Below are positions 22,966 through 33,160 of a DNA stretch of 33,160 nt, piece by piece; position 1 is the first letter of the stretch; every line of letters begins with the position of its first letter. The DNA comes from Octopus bimaculoides (lineage: Eukaryota): NCBI RefSeq assembly GCF_001194135.2, contig NC_069006.1:15362868-15396027 (forward strand), read 5' to 3'. Both the position numbers and the translations under genes were made by a program. The notes below the pieces were generated by a model. The model was not told the origin of the DNA. It saw only the letters and a list, made by a program, of their open reading frames with translations, and did not search any database.

Positions 22966-23147
22966 ACTTTCATTTAAGGCATTATGTACCAAAGAATATA
23001 TCAGTGAATGTGTACTTCTCTTTATTAAGATGTCAGTGTCTTTTATGAAGGAAATTTAGCTATTATTCTTTGCAGAGCAAGCAGGAGTTTTATCATCGCG
23101 CTGCATGTATAGAAGCATGCTGTTGTAGTTGATGATGATGGTGAAGG

Positions 23148-23475
23148 AGCGTGACTTAGCGGTTTGGGTTTTCGGTTCACGATCGTGAGGTTGTGATTTC
23201 GGTTCCCGGCGGCGCGGTGTCCTTGAGGCAAGTCACTTTATTTCACATTGGTCCACTCCCCTCAGTTGGCTAAAATGAGTTGTACATGCTATTCAGAAGG
23301 CTAGCCTTCTCGCATTCTGTATCACGCCGAGGACGACGTTAAGGGTACACGTGTGTATGGAGTACTCAGCCACTTGCAAGGAAATTTCTCGAGCAGGCTT
23401 TTCTGTTGATCGAATCAACTGGAATCCTTGTCGTCATAAATGACAGGATGCCAGTTAATGATGATGATGATGACG
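23148..23475 (+). mobile_element. tRNA-derived SINE, family C, with (ATG)n tail
   Basis: Head GCGTGACTTAGCGGTTTGGG...GGTTGTGATTTCGGTTCCCGG, core GTCCTTGAGGCAAGTCACTTTATTTCAC, body GTACACGTGTGTATGGAGTACTCAGCCACTTGC...TCAACTGGAATCCTTGTCGTC, and an ATGATGATG tail. Confidence 0.75.
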
Positions 23476-24159
23476 TTTAGTTCCAGATCAGCACTGATGT
23501 GGCGGTGGTAGTGGTGGTGGTGGTGGTGGTGGTGGGAACGTGACGATGGTGGTGGTGGTGGGAACGTGACGATGGTGGTGGTCATCGTCGTCATAGTGAT
23601 GGTGGTCATGATGGGATTGTGACGTTGGTGGTGGTAGTGGTGGTAGTGACGACGGTGGTGACGAGATGAGTGACTGGCTAGCTCCTATTTTGAATGATAT
23701 CACACCAGTGAGATTCTTAGGAAGCGGCGATGGTTAGCGGTGTTTACAGGATCGTCAATGATTCTACACGTAGTTAAGTGGTTGTTAGGGTGCTCATAGT
23801 AATGGAGATATTAAACAGGGAGCGGCGATGATAGCTGTGTTGGAATTTAAGCGATTTATATGGATGACATCACAGCTATTACGCCATTACTCTTACGCCA
23901 TTGAAAAAAAATCTTTCAAGTCATTTTATTAGGTGACAATATAATGTTACGTCATCGCTGGCTTGTATTCGGTTCTGGGGTGGATATGAAGTGCTTTCAG
24001 GGTGGTTCTGGTTCCTGGTTCCGGTTTCGTCTGATTTTTCTTCTCGATTTCGTTCCGTCTCGCCTCGTATCACCTCTTCTCGGACACAGTGCCATGCGTT
24101 TCTACTCGGACAGCATTCGCGACGGCCAAGCAAAACGGTCAGCGGGTTAAATAGTCACT

Positions 24160-24525
24160 GCGATGGTGATGAGGACGAAGATGGTGATAGTGATGACGAT
24201 GCTGGTGACAGCGACGACAATGCTGCTGCTGCTGCTACTGGTGAGGATGACGATGACGACTTGACGATGATGATGATGATGGTGATGATGATGATGATGA
24301 TGTTTAGTAATTACAGAGGTCGTGTGTTGTTTACGATGTAGGGTGGTGATTGGAGTGATGGTGTGAGGACGGTAGAAGCTGTTACTGATTATGTACGTGG
24401 TAGAAGTAGTGGCAGTAGTAGTAGTAGTAGTAGTGGTGGTGGTGGCAGTGGTAGTAGTAATAGTTGGAGTAGTAGTAGTAGTAGTAGTAGTAGTGATAGT
24501 CGTGATTGTGGTGGTGGAGACGTTG
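24160..24525. repeat. Degenerate (GAT)/(TAG)/(GGT) microsatellite cluster
   Basis: Direct reading. This is the source of the poly-D/M/S/V ORFs. Confidence 0.8.
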
Positions 24526-25474
24526 GCAGAGGTAGGAACTGGAGGTGATGAGGGAAGCGAGGAATTTTGTAGGTTTGGCGTAGGACGTGAAGGTTAGCGA
24601 TAGCAACGCGGTTCCTGAAACAAAAGGACCGGGATTTCAATGTTTCTTTTCCAATCACTAATGACACATTGATCGGAATGTCTGTTCATATAAACGAATT
24701 ACAGACCGGCTGGATTAACCCCCGCCCACGACCATCACCGCAGACGTTTGAGATATCGCGGATTTTGGGAAGGATTTTTGTCTGCAATAACTGTCTTTGT
24801 CTTTGGCAGCCGCATTTTGCCTCTAACGGCTTTTGTTAGGTCGGCCGAGCCGCAAATAGGGACCACGACGCTTTAAGGTTGATTATAAGTTTAGGAGGAA
24901 AAATAAACACAGAAAAAATCTAGGGAATTACATAAAATTAAGATATTGTTATTGTTTTAAAGTTGGGCCAGAAAGAATTGTAATTTCAGCAATAAAAACA
25001 GCTCAGATTAATCTCAGCTCAGATTAATCACATTTTATTAATCGAATTTTATTAGAATCTACATATTTTTATTAATAAAGAACAAGCTAGTTTCTTTCGA
25101 TATCACAGAATTCCGGAATTTGGAAGATGAGTTCTTGAAAAGGCTGCTTTTAAACGTTGCTTGGTTGCTGAAGGCCCCCCCCTCCCACCTTTTCTTTTCC
25201 ACTTATTCTTTTTCTTTCTTTCATATTTGCAAGACGTTGTGGTAGGACTTGTAAAAGTAATATAATTCGTACTACATGGCACCTTAGGCAACTGCTGATG
25301 ATGTGGGTGATATCTTCCACACTGGTATATAAAAGCTGACAATTTTTATCACAACATGGAGGCTTGGTGGCATCTTTATCATTTTTATTTATCAGGTATT
25401 TTGTAGTCATCTCCTGTTTCTGACTAGCCAAGTAATATCATTTTGTGTAGGATGAAGCGTATCCATCTTGAAAA

Positions 25475-25658
25475 GATTTTAGCCGAATGAATCGACATCA
25501 GTATTGTTGTTTTGTGTATTTTTAAGCCTGGTAATTATTCTATCGGTATATTGCCGAACTGCTACGTTAGAGGGAGGTAAATAAACCAACACATTGGTTA
25601 TCAAGAGGTGATGGAGAAAAACACAAACACATAAACACGTATTCATATATATATATAT

Positions 25659-25752
<94 letters not shown>

Positions 25753-25902
25753 CGCGCTTTTTCATTTTCCAACTACCAAATCCACTCACAGGTCTTTGGT
25801 CGGCCCCAGGCTATGGTGAAAGACAATTGCCCAATGTGCCACACAGTGGGACTGAATCCGGAACCATATGGTTTGTAAGCGAACTTCTTATCACACAACC
25901 AC
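25475..25902 (-). mobile_element. Near full-length SINE family A with a long central (CA)n
   Basis: 3' domain (AAGCCTGGTAATTATTCTATCGGT...GCCGAACTGCTA), a (CA)n tract at about 25665-25750, and head (ATCCACTCACAGGTCTTTGGTCGGCCC...GGGACTGAATCCGGAACCATATGG...CACACAACC). Confidence 0.9.
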
Positions 25903-25919
25903 GACTGTAGACAGACAGG

Positions 25920-25955
<36 letters not shown>

Positions 25956-26659
25956 TCATACATGTGGATTTGGCTGGGCTTCTCCATTTGTTTATATTAG
26001 GGAAACAGAGAGCGTGTGAAAGGGAGATAAGAAGCAAAAGAGAGAAGTAAGGAGAAAAACCAAGGCAGACATAATGACAGAGGGTGTTCTACCCTTGTAC
26101 ATGCGTATATGCTTGTGTGCGCGTGTGTATGTACATGTATGCTTGTATGTGTGGGAATGTGTGGGAATGTGTCTGCGTGTGTGTTTCTATGGTTTTATGC
26201 ATTTCATGCATAAAAACCAACTAATACACTTACAATTACCTGTTTTTTTTCCCCCGTTTCCATTACTATTTTTACAATTACCACTACCATCGTTATCATC
26301 ATCATCAGCCTCATCGTCATCATCATCGCCAATATAGTCATCATTATCATCATCGTAGTCATCATCATCATCATCATCGCCACCACCATCATCAATCATG
26401 ATCCTTTTGTATGATATATTTCCTTGTTACTACTCTGAATTTTGTTTTTTGATTTTTCCTTTTTTTTTTGCTGTGGTTATATATATATTTTTTTTTTTTG
26501 TAGGTATTTTTAATTTTGTATTTAGCTATTTGTTTTTGTTATTATTTTTGTGTTTTCTTCTTTTTTTTTTTGTCTAATTTCCCTAATTTACTTTCACCCT
26601 TCATTTCTTTGGTTCCGCTGTTTTATGTGTGTGTTTGTATGTGTGTGTGTGTGAGTGCG

Positions 26660-26780
26660 TGTGTGGTTCAGTTCCATTGTGCATCACCTTGGGCAAGTTT
26701 CTCCTACAACACTCACGCCCGGACCAAACAACATGTGAGCGAATATGGCGGACAGAAACTGTGAAGAAGCCCATTGTATA
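26660..26780 (+). mobile_element. SINE family A, 5' half
   Basis: GGTTCAGTTCCATTGTGCATCACCTTGGGCAAGT...GAAACTGTGAAGAAGCCC. Confidence 0.75.
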
Positions 26781-26889
26781 TACATACATACATATAAATA
26801 TATATATATGTATAATTAATCAAAAATATAAAAAGAAAAACTGAGAAAAAACACAAGAAAAAAAATAACAACGCGAGTATGTGATACAT

Positions 26890-27010
26890 GGTCGATTTGC
26901 CTTTCATCCTTTCAGGGTCGATAAATTAAGTACCAGTTGCGCAGTGGGGTCCATCTAATCGACTGACCTCCTCTCTCAAAATTTCGGACCTTATGCCTAG
27001 AGTAGAAAAG
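26890..27010 (+). mobile_element. SINE family B, 3' part
   Basis: GGTCGATTTGCCTTTCATCCTTTCAGGGTCGATAAATTAAGTACCAGTTG...GCCTAGAGTAGAAAAG. Confidence 0.85.
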
Positions 27011-27119
27011 CATATATATATATATATGAAGATAGATAAATAGATAGAAAGATATGTATGCATATATGTATATGTGTGCACGCGCGCGTCGAATGCTTAA
27101 GGAAAGGTATAGGTTTGAT

Positions 27120-27267
27120 TCCGTCCCCTAACAGAGAGCTTCGGCAAATGCAATCGATATAATTATTGTGCCAGACTTAAAATAATTACTGAGTCGATTT
27201 GGTTGATTAACCTTAACAGGCTCTACCCACCAGCGTGGCCGGACAAGAACGATTGAAACTAGTAAAA
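27120..27267 (+). mobile_element. SINE family A, 3' half
   Basis: GTCCCCTAAC...TTCGGCAAA...GAGTCGATTTGGTTGATTAA...CCAGCGTGGCCG...GAAACTAGTAAAAG. Confidence 0.7.
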
Positions 27268-27289
27268 GTGCACGTGTTTACGTGCACAC

Positions 27290-27326
<37 letters not shown>

Positions 27327-27610
27327 NNNNNNNNNNNNNNNNNNNNNNNNNNNNNNNNNNNNNNNNNNNNNNNNNNNNNNNNNNNNNNNNNNNNNNNNNN
27401 NNNNNNNNNNNNNNNNNNNNNNNNNNNNNNNNNNNNNNNNNNNNNNNNNNNNNNNNNNNNNNNNNNNNNNNNNNNNNNNNNNNNNNNNNNNNNNNNNNNN
27501 NNNNNNNNNNNNNNNNNNNNNNNNNNNNNNNNNNNNNNNNNNNNNNNNNNNNNNNNNNNNNNNNNNNNNNNNNNNNNNNNNNNNNNNNNNNNNNNNNNNN
27601 NNNNNNNNNN

Positions 27611-27687
<77 letters not shown>

Positions 27688-27964
27688 GTATATATGCCTA
27701 CGCACACTTTTATACTGTTGTACTGTGACTGGTGGTCAGTGAACCGAATAACTCACCGTGACGCTACCTATTACACCATAGTCAACCACTCAGTCGTACA
27801 CACACATCCACTCATACACGTATATACATCATCTTCACCTACTCAATAGGTGTGTGTGCATGTGTATGTATGTATGTATGTATGTATATATGAATGTGTA
27901 TGTGGGTGTGTGTATGTATGTATACATATATTATACATATATACATCTATACAAACAATACAAT

Positions 27965-28001
<37 letters not shown>

Positions 28002-28118
28002 ATAGATATAAACAAATATATGTATATATTTATACGTTTCCATATATGAATGTGTGTGTGTATGTATACATATGTGCATATTTTTATATATATATATATA
28101 TATAAATATATGCATGTA

Positions 28119-28159
<41 letters not shown>

Positions 28160-28185
28160 NNNNNNNNNNNNNNNNNNNNNNNNNN

Positions 28186-28225
<40 letters not shown>

Positions 28226-28307
28226 AAATAAGTGTGCATATGTGCGTATACAAGCTTGTGGCTAAATGTGTTGGAGTGCTTCTGCAAATAAAATTCATAC
28301 GTGTGCG

Positions 28308-28352
<45 letters not shown>

Positions 28353-29341
28353 TTTTATGTATGTGAATATGTATAAACTATCTCTATGTAACATATTCAT
28401 GTATGCACACACACATACACACACACACAAAGATGTATGCATACACCCCTAAACCAAACACATGCACGAAATATTTTGTATGTATCCGTACAGAAATAGA
28501 ATCAGATCCCCACATACTCATGCACATATATATGTTTATACACATTGTCTCACAAAAATACGGCCATATTTAATCAAAACTCACATACATACATACATAC
28601 ATACATACATACACATTCATAATGATATTTAGCTGAAAGCAGAAATGCACATGTACACACGGATATGCATGCGCACATACAAACATATTCATATACACGT
28701 ATACTTGACCGAACACACAAACACACACACACACTCACACACGTACCCTGTCTTGCAGGGTGGCCAACACGACATCTTAACCAACCTCACCAAGTACGCT
28801 TGGTAATAAGGATGCCGAGTTAGTGAACTTCCAGCTTCTACTGGGTCATATGGCAACAGTAGCATGAGGGCGAAGATCCCTCAGTGTTTTCGTTTAGATA
28901 TCTCTGATTTAACCCATTGTCACTTCGTTTGCACCCAATGATCGCCATTAATTCTTGCTCTTGCGTAAATGCATAAGCTGTTTAGTGAATGGTATTGACC
29001 CGTACAAAGCTTTTCTCTCCTTTTAAAAACTACCAAACACAAAACATTTCGAGGTTTTTAACGCCTCTAGTATGCGTTGCTTAGGTGAAACTTTCATGAT
29101 GGAATGAACCCATGTGTAAGCGCCAGTGGTAACTTCTCTCTCTGAACACCTACTGTAAGAGGCGCCCATCATTGCAATAGCTGTGCAAAATAGTGTAGGT
29201 CCCTAACAGGGCTCAAAAGTCATATTTGCCCTGCTTTAAGAGAACGATCATGCGATGCCATAACTCGAAATCGAATTGCAGTCATCGTATGCGTAGGAAA
29301 ATATATAAATATCAGCATACATGTTTAATTACATATATCAA

Positions 29342-29385
<44 letters not shown>

Positions 29386-29589
29386 NNNNNNNNNNNNNNN
29401 NNNNNNNNNNNNNNNNNNNNNNNNNNNNNNNNNNNNNNNNNNNNNNNNNNNNNNNNNNNNNNNNNNNNNNNNNNNNNNNNNNNNNNNNNNNNNNNNNNNN
29501 NNNNATATATATATATATATGTACACATATATATACCTGTATGTATATGTGTATGTATGTATGTATGCATGCATGTATGTATGTGTATT

Positions 29590-30650
29590 ATACCGTTGTG
29601 GTTGCTATGGTATCTGTAATTGTAGATGTCTTTATCCCTATGGAACCTATCCTTCGGGTTATTTTACCAGTTCGAGAGATAATGGATTTGTTTCTGCCGT
29701 TGTTGTTCTTATTATTATTTCACTACTTAATGCAGCAACTGTAACTGTAGCTACCAATACCGTAGTTTTCGTTGTACAGTTGTTGTAGGTGATGTTGTTA
29801 CGTTTCCTTGTTATTTCTGACGGGATATTTTCTTCTTTCTTCTTTTCCCGTCTTTTCTTTTTATTCTAAGCCGGTGTTATTTTTATAAGCGTGAGTCTTA
29901 CTTAGTCTTGCAATACGTGTAACTGTAATACTAGTAGATATTGCCTTTATTACTGCATTGTAATTATAGCAACTGATAACGATGATACAGTTGTTGTTGC
30001 TGTTTTCACAGCTTTTGTTTTTGTTATTTGTGCACTATTAGTACAATTGCAATTGCATGCGTGATACTGCCGTTGTTATGGCCATTAATGTTATCATTGT
30101 TGTTCTTGTTAATGCTGCTGTAGTAGCTATTGTTGGTTCTTGCTGGTGCCATTCTTGTTGTTGTTGCTGTTACAGTACTCCTTGCTGTTATTCTTCTTCT
30201 TCTTCTTCTTCTTCTTCTTCTTGCAGGTGGTGGTAGTAATTGTACTTCGTGGATATTTCGTTATAGATGTAACTGTAATCATATATGCAACAGCAGCAGT
30301 TGTTATTATTATTGTTGTATTTGCTGCAATCGTTATTGTCGTCATTTTTGTTGTCGTTGTTGTTGTTATAGTCATCAATAATTCTGATTGAGTCTATCTA
30401 TTTCCACATAACGTATTCTGTTTCCCTTTAAATTAACAATTGTCGCATATTATTCAGCCTTGCCTCATTTTGAGAATTCTCCATGTGTTTTCCATTTTTC
30501 TTTGTGTTGTTCTTCTTTTCGTTCTTCTTATTCATATTACTGTTGTCGATTTTATTGTTTTATCATTTTTTTTCCTTCTTTGCTTCTTTATATTTTTCAC
30601 TTTATACTTTCCCAGTTGTTGTTGTTGTTATTGTTCTTGCTTACCAGCAT
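29590..30650. repeat. Ancient degenerate (GTT/ATT/CTT) low-complexity region
   Basis: Direct reading. The hydrophobic ORFs here are compositional artefacts. Confidence 0.7.
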
Positions 30651-30659
30651 TCCATCCGT

Positions 30660-30725
30660 TTTTACGTCCTAAGTTCAAATCCCACCGAGGTAGACTTTGT
30701 CTTTCATCCCGTCGTGGTCGAATAT
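30660..30725 (+). mobile_element. SINE family B fragment
   Basis: TTACGTCCTAAGTTCAAATCCCACCGAGGTAGACTTTGTCTTTCATCC. Confidence 0.75.
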
Positions 30726-30783
30726 ATGAGAGCGTCTCATAAAGCGAGATTTATATATCTTAATTTGCAGAGGAATTTGTAGT

Positions 30784-30859
30784 GGGTAGTTTAGCTTAAT
30801 CGGTCAAAACATCGTGACATGTAATCACGGGGATGTGAGTTCGAGTCCACAGCTAGCCA
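30784..30859 (+). pseudogene. tRNA-like sequence (anticodon TGT, Thr-like); pseudogene or SINE head
   Basis: The acceptor-like helix GGGTAGTT/AGCTAGCC has one mismatch. The D-arm reads TAGCTTAATCGGTCAAAAC. The anticodon stem CGTGA/TCACG is perfect, with a 7-nt loop CATGTAA. The T-loop is TTCGAGT with an imperfect stem. Position 33 is A rather than U. Confidence 0.6.
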
Positions 30860-31115
30860 CCTACACTTTTCTCTGCAAAATAGGGGTAGTTTATCCTGTT
30901 CAGGCTATATTATTAGCATTATTCTGCGATTGAGAATATATAAAAAAATCACCACTTTAACTTTCTAAAAGACATCTCAACGCCTCTAAAAGTAAACTTC
31001 GTTTTTTTATTTACGCTTGTCGTAATTTGAATTTTTTATTATTATTATTATTATTTTTGTTGTTAACGGTGATGGTGGAGGTGGTTCTGGTGCTGCTGCT
31101 ACTACTGCTGTTATT

Positions 31116-31335
31116 AAGGCTGCCAGCTGACAAAATCGCTAGCGCATCGAGCAAAATGCTTAGCGGCATTTCGTCAGCCGCTACGTTCTGAGTTCAAATT
31201 CCATTGAGGTCGACCTTACCTTCCATCCTACCAGGGTCGATAAATTAAGTTTCAGTTGAACACTGGGGTCGATATAATCCCCTAGCTCCCTCCTTCGAAA
31301 TGTTAGGCTTTGTACCTATAGTAGAAAGGATTATT
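31116..31335 (+). mobile_element. Near full-length tRNA-derived SINE, family B
   Basis: AAGGCTGCCAGCTGACAAAATCGCTAGC...AAATGCTTAGCGGCATTTCG...GTTCTGAGTTCAAATTCC...GGGTCGATAAATTAAG...CACTGGGGTCGAT...TATAGTAGAAAGGATTATT. Confidence 0.85.
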
Positions 31336-31359
31336 GTTAATGATTGTTTCACATTTTGG

Positions 31360-31423
31360 CACAAGGTTAACAATATAAGAAGGAATTAATCAATTACGAC
31401 GACCCCAGGGTTTGACCGATACT

Positions 31424-31430
<7 letters not shown>
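31360..31430 (-). mobile_element. SINE family B fragment
   Basis: AATTACGACGACCCCAG...GATACTTATTTTA resembles the reverse of the family B 3' part. Confidence 0.45.
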
Positions 31431-31496
<66 letters not shown>

Positions 31497-32247
31497 NNNN
31501 NNNNNNNNNNNNNNNNNNNNNNNNNNNNNNNNNNNNNNNNNNNNNNNNNNNNNNNNNNNNNNNNNNNNNNNNNNNNNNNNNNNNNNNNNNNNNNNNNNNN
31601 NNNNNNNNNNNNNNNNNNNNNNNNNNNNNNNNNNNNNNNNNNNNNNNNNNNNNNNNNNNNNNNNNNNNNNNNNNNNNNNNNNNNNNNNNNNNNNNNNNNN
31701 NNNNNNNNNNNNNNNNNNNNNNNNNNNNNNNNNNNNNNNNNNNNNNNNNNNNNNNNNNNNNNNNNNNNNNNNNNNNNNNNNNNNNNNNNNNNNNNNNNNN
31801 NNNNNNNNNNNNNNNNNNNNNNNNNNNNNNNNNNNNNNNNNNNNNNNNNNNNNNNNNNNNNNNNNNNNNNNNNNNNNNNNNNNNNNNNNNNNNNNNNNNN
31901 NNNNNNNNNNNNNNNNNNNNNNNNNNNNNNNNNNNNNNNNNNNNNNNNNNNNNNNNNNNNNNNNNNNNNNNNNNNNNNNNNNNNNNNNNNNNNNNNNNNN
32001 NNNNNNNNNNNNNNNNNNNNNNNNNNNNNNNNNNNNNNNNNNNNNNNNNNNNNNNNNNNNNNNNNNNNNNNNNNNNNNNNNNNNNNNNNNNNNNNNNNNN
32101 NNNNNNNNNNNNNNNNNNNNNNNNNNNNNNNNNNNNNNNNNNNNNNNNNNNNNNNNNNNNNNNNNNNNNNNNNNNNNNNNNNNNNNNNNNNNNNNNNNNN
32201 NNNNNNNNNNNNNNNNNNNNNNNNNNNNNNNNNNNNNNNNNNNNNNA

Positions 32248-32801
32248 GACGATGCTCATTTGGTTCATCGATGCAAAAGAAATTGTCCACAGAGAATCTA
32301 TTCCTCCAGGTGAAACTGCTAATCACACATTTTACTTGGCAGTTCTGAAGCGTGCGTGAGACGCGGTTAGACGAAAACGCTCCGACCTGTGGTAAAGTGG
32401 AGAGTGGTGGTTTCATCATGACAAATTCGTATGCGCACGTCACTTAGACTGAGACAGTTTTTGAACAAAAATGGCATGGCCCCACTTACCCACCCTCTTT
32501 ATTCATCCGATCCTGTTCCCTGCGATTTTTTTTTTTTTTGTTCCCTTAAATGAAAAAATTCCTCAAAGGAAAACGTTTTGCAGATGTGGAAGAGGTGAAG
32601 AAAACCGAAAAATGACAGAGGCGTTAAAAGGTATCACTTCGCAAGAGTTCCAGCAGCGCTTTGAAGTGGGACACGCGTTAGGACCGATGCGTTGCTTCAA
32701 ATGGAGAATACTTTGAAGGCGATAAAATGCGATAAACATGTAAAACTAAATGAATAAAATAACATTGCAAAATACCGGTTCCTTTTGGGTACCCCCTTGT
32801 A
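32248..32801 (+). mobile_element. Decayed mariner-family (DD34D) transposon: C-terminal transposase, right TIR and TA target site
   Basis: TMLIWFIDAKEIVHRESIPPGETAN..FY..VLKR...RRKR..LW..GEWWFHHD (32414-32422)...HPLYSSDPVPCDFF..FP.MKK.LKGKRFADVEE...RC.ASNGEYFEGD. The terminal sequence AATACCGGTTCCTTTTGGGTACCCCCTTG (32771-32799) is followed by TA. The 5' part is lost in the gap 31497-32247. Confidence 0.92.
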
Positions 32802-32869
32802 TGTATGTAAGTATGTGTGTATGCATATATATGTATATATATGGAAAAAAACCTCATCCAGCTAGTCTG

Positions 32870-33127
32870 ATTATATGTCTGTGCACACGTTTGAATGTGG
32901 TGTGTACCAGAGGGTTTTCAAATCCAATGGGGGTCTTAAAAGACATGTTAGGATCCACAATGAGCAGAACTTACCTGAAGGTATTGGTAGTACAAATCAG
33001 AGGTACAATCTGTGTGAGTGTTTTTTTCAAAACAGTGTCTGGTTTAAAAAGCCACATCAGACGCCATGAAAGGGCTAAGGTGTAGGTGCAAGAGGTGGTC
33101 AAACTCTGTGTAAGGAGTAGACAACCA

Positions 33128-33130
<3 letters not shown>
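32870..33130 (+). mobile_element. LINE 3' end with two decayed C2H2 zinc fingers (RTE-like)
   Basis: FECGVYQRVFKSNGGLKRHVRIH and, after a frameshift, NLCE.FFKTVSGLKSHIRRH followed by a stop at 33085, a short 3' UTR and a (TA)n tail. Zinc ligands are mutated. Confidence 0.6.

Positions 33131-33160
<30 letters not shown>

Larger units (their letters stand above)
1443..32247. other. Assembly gaps (N runs): 1443-1542, 2646-2655, 3691-4232, 4786-5250, 13478-14096, 16545-16554, 19492-19740, 27327-27610, 28160-28185, 29386-29504, 31497-32247
   Basis: Direct reading. Most gaps abut (TA)n, (CA)n or (CT)n tracts. Confidence 0.95.

Noticed and set aside
23944-24150. 68-aa ORF in unique sequence (MLRHRWLVFGSG...)
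   Set aside because: No recognisable domain or supported splice context; the length is within chance expectation.
25195-25260. Polypyrimidine tract, AG and a short GT-bounded segment as a possible micro-exon
   Set aside because: The acceptor (AAG) and donor are weak, there are no partner exons, and it cannot be supported without RNA data.
25286-25325. CTGATGA followed by a TGTGG/CCACA stem
   Set aside because: CTGG follows instead of GAAA, and there is no stem III or stem I.
31160-31185. GCGGC/GCCGC hairpin containing CTGACGAAA on the minus strand
   Set aside because: It is part of the SINE B head, and the core boxes overlap with no stem II.
559-31500. Numerous 60-350 aa ORFs in the supplied track ([16 protein letters not shown], poly-N/I/L/D and X-runs)
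   Set aside because: They are translations of di- and trinucleotide microsatellites and N gaps, with no domain content.

Overview
This is repeat-saturated, AT-rich animal genomic DNA from a gapped draft assembly with 11 N-gaps, nearly all flanked by microsatellites. The SINE families and the extreme (TA)/(CA)/(TG) density suggest an octopus (coleoid cephalopod) genome; this is my recognition, not a database result. I found no intact host protein-coding gene, and almost all ORFs in the supplied track are microsatellite or N-run artefacts. Recognisable content: many tRNA-derived SINE copies of several families; a decayed R4/Dong-like RT (about 5570-6590); Penelope-like GIY-YIG relics (about 8700-9082, and a weaker one at about 11630-11835); the 3' end of a CR1/L2-group LINE (12483-12821); the C-terminal half of a mariner with its right TIR and TA (32248-32801); an RTE-like zinc-finger 3' end (32870-33130); and a tRNA-like sequence (30784-30859). 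The most interesting signals are two different minimal type I hammerhead-ribozyme folds (2465-2509 on +, 6676-6724 on -), each inside a short inverted-repeat-bounded cassette. Also notable are a ~240-bp fold-back palindrome (2026-2263) and an unexplained 1.3-kb decayed coding-like block (6780-8120).
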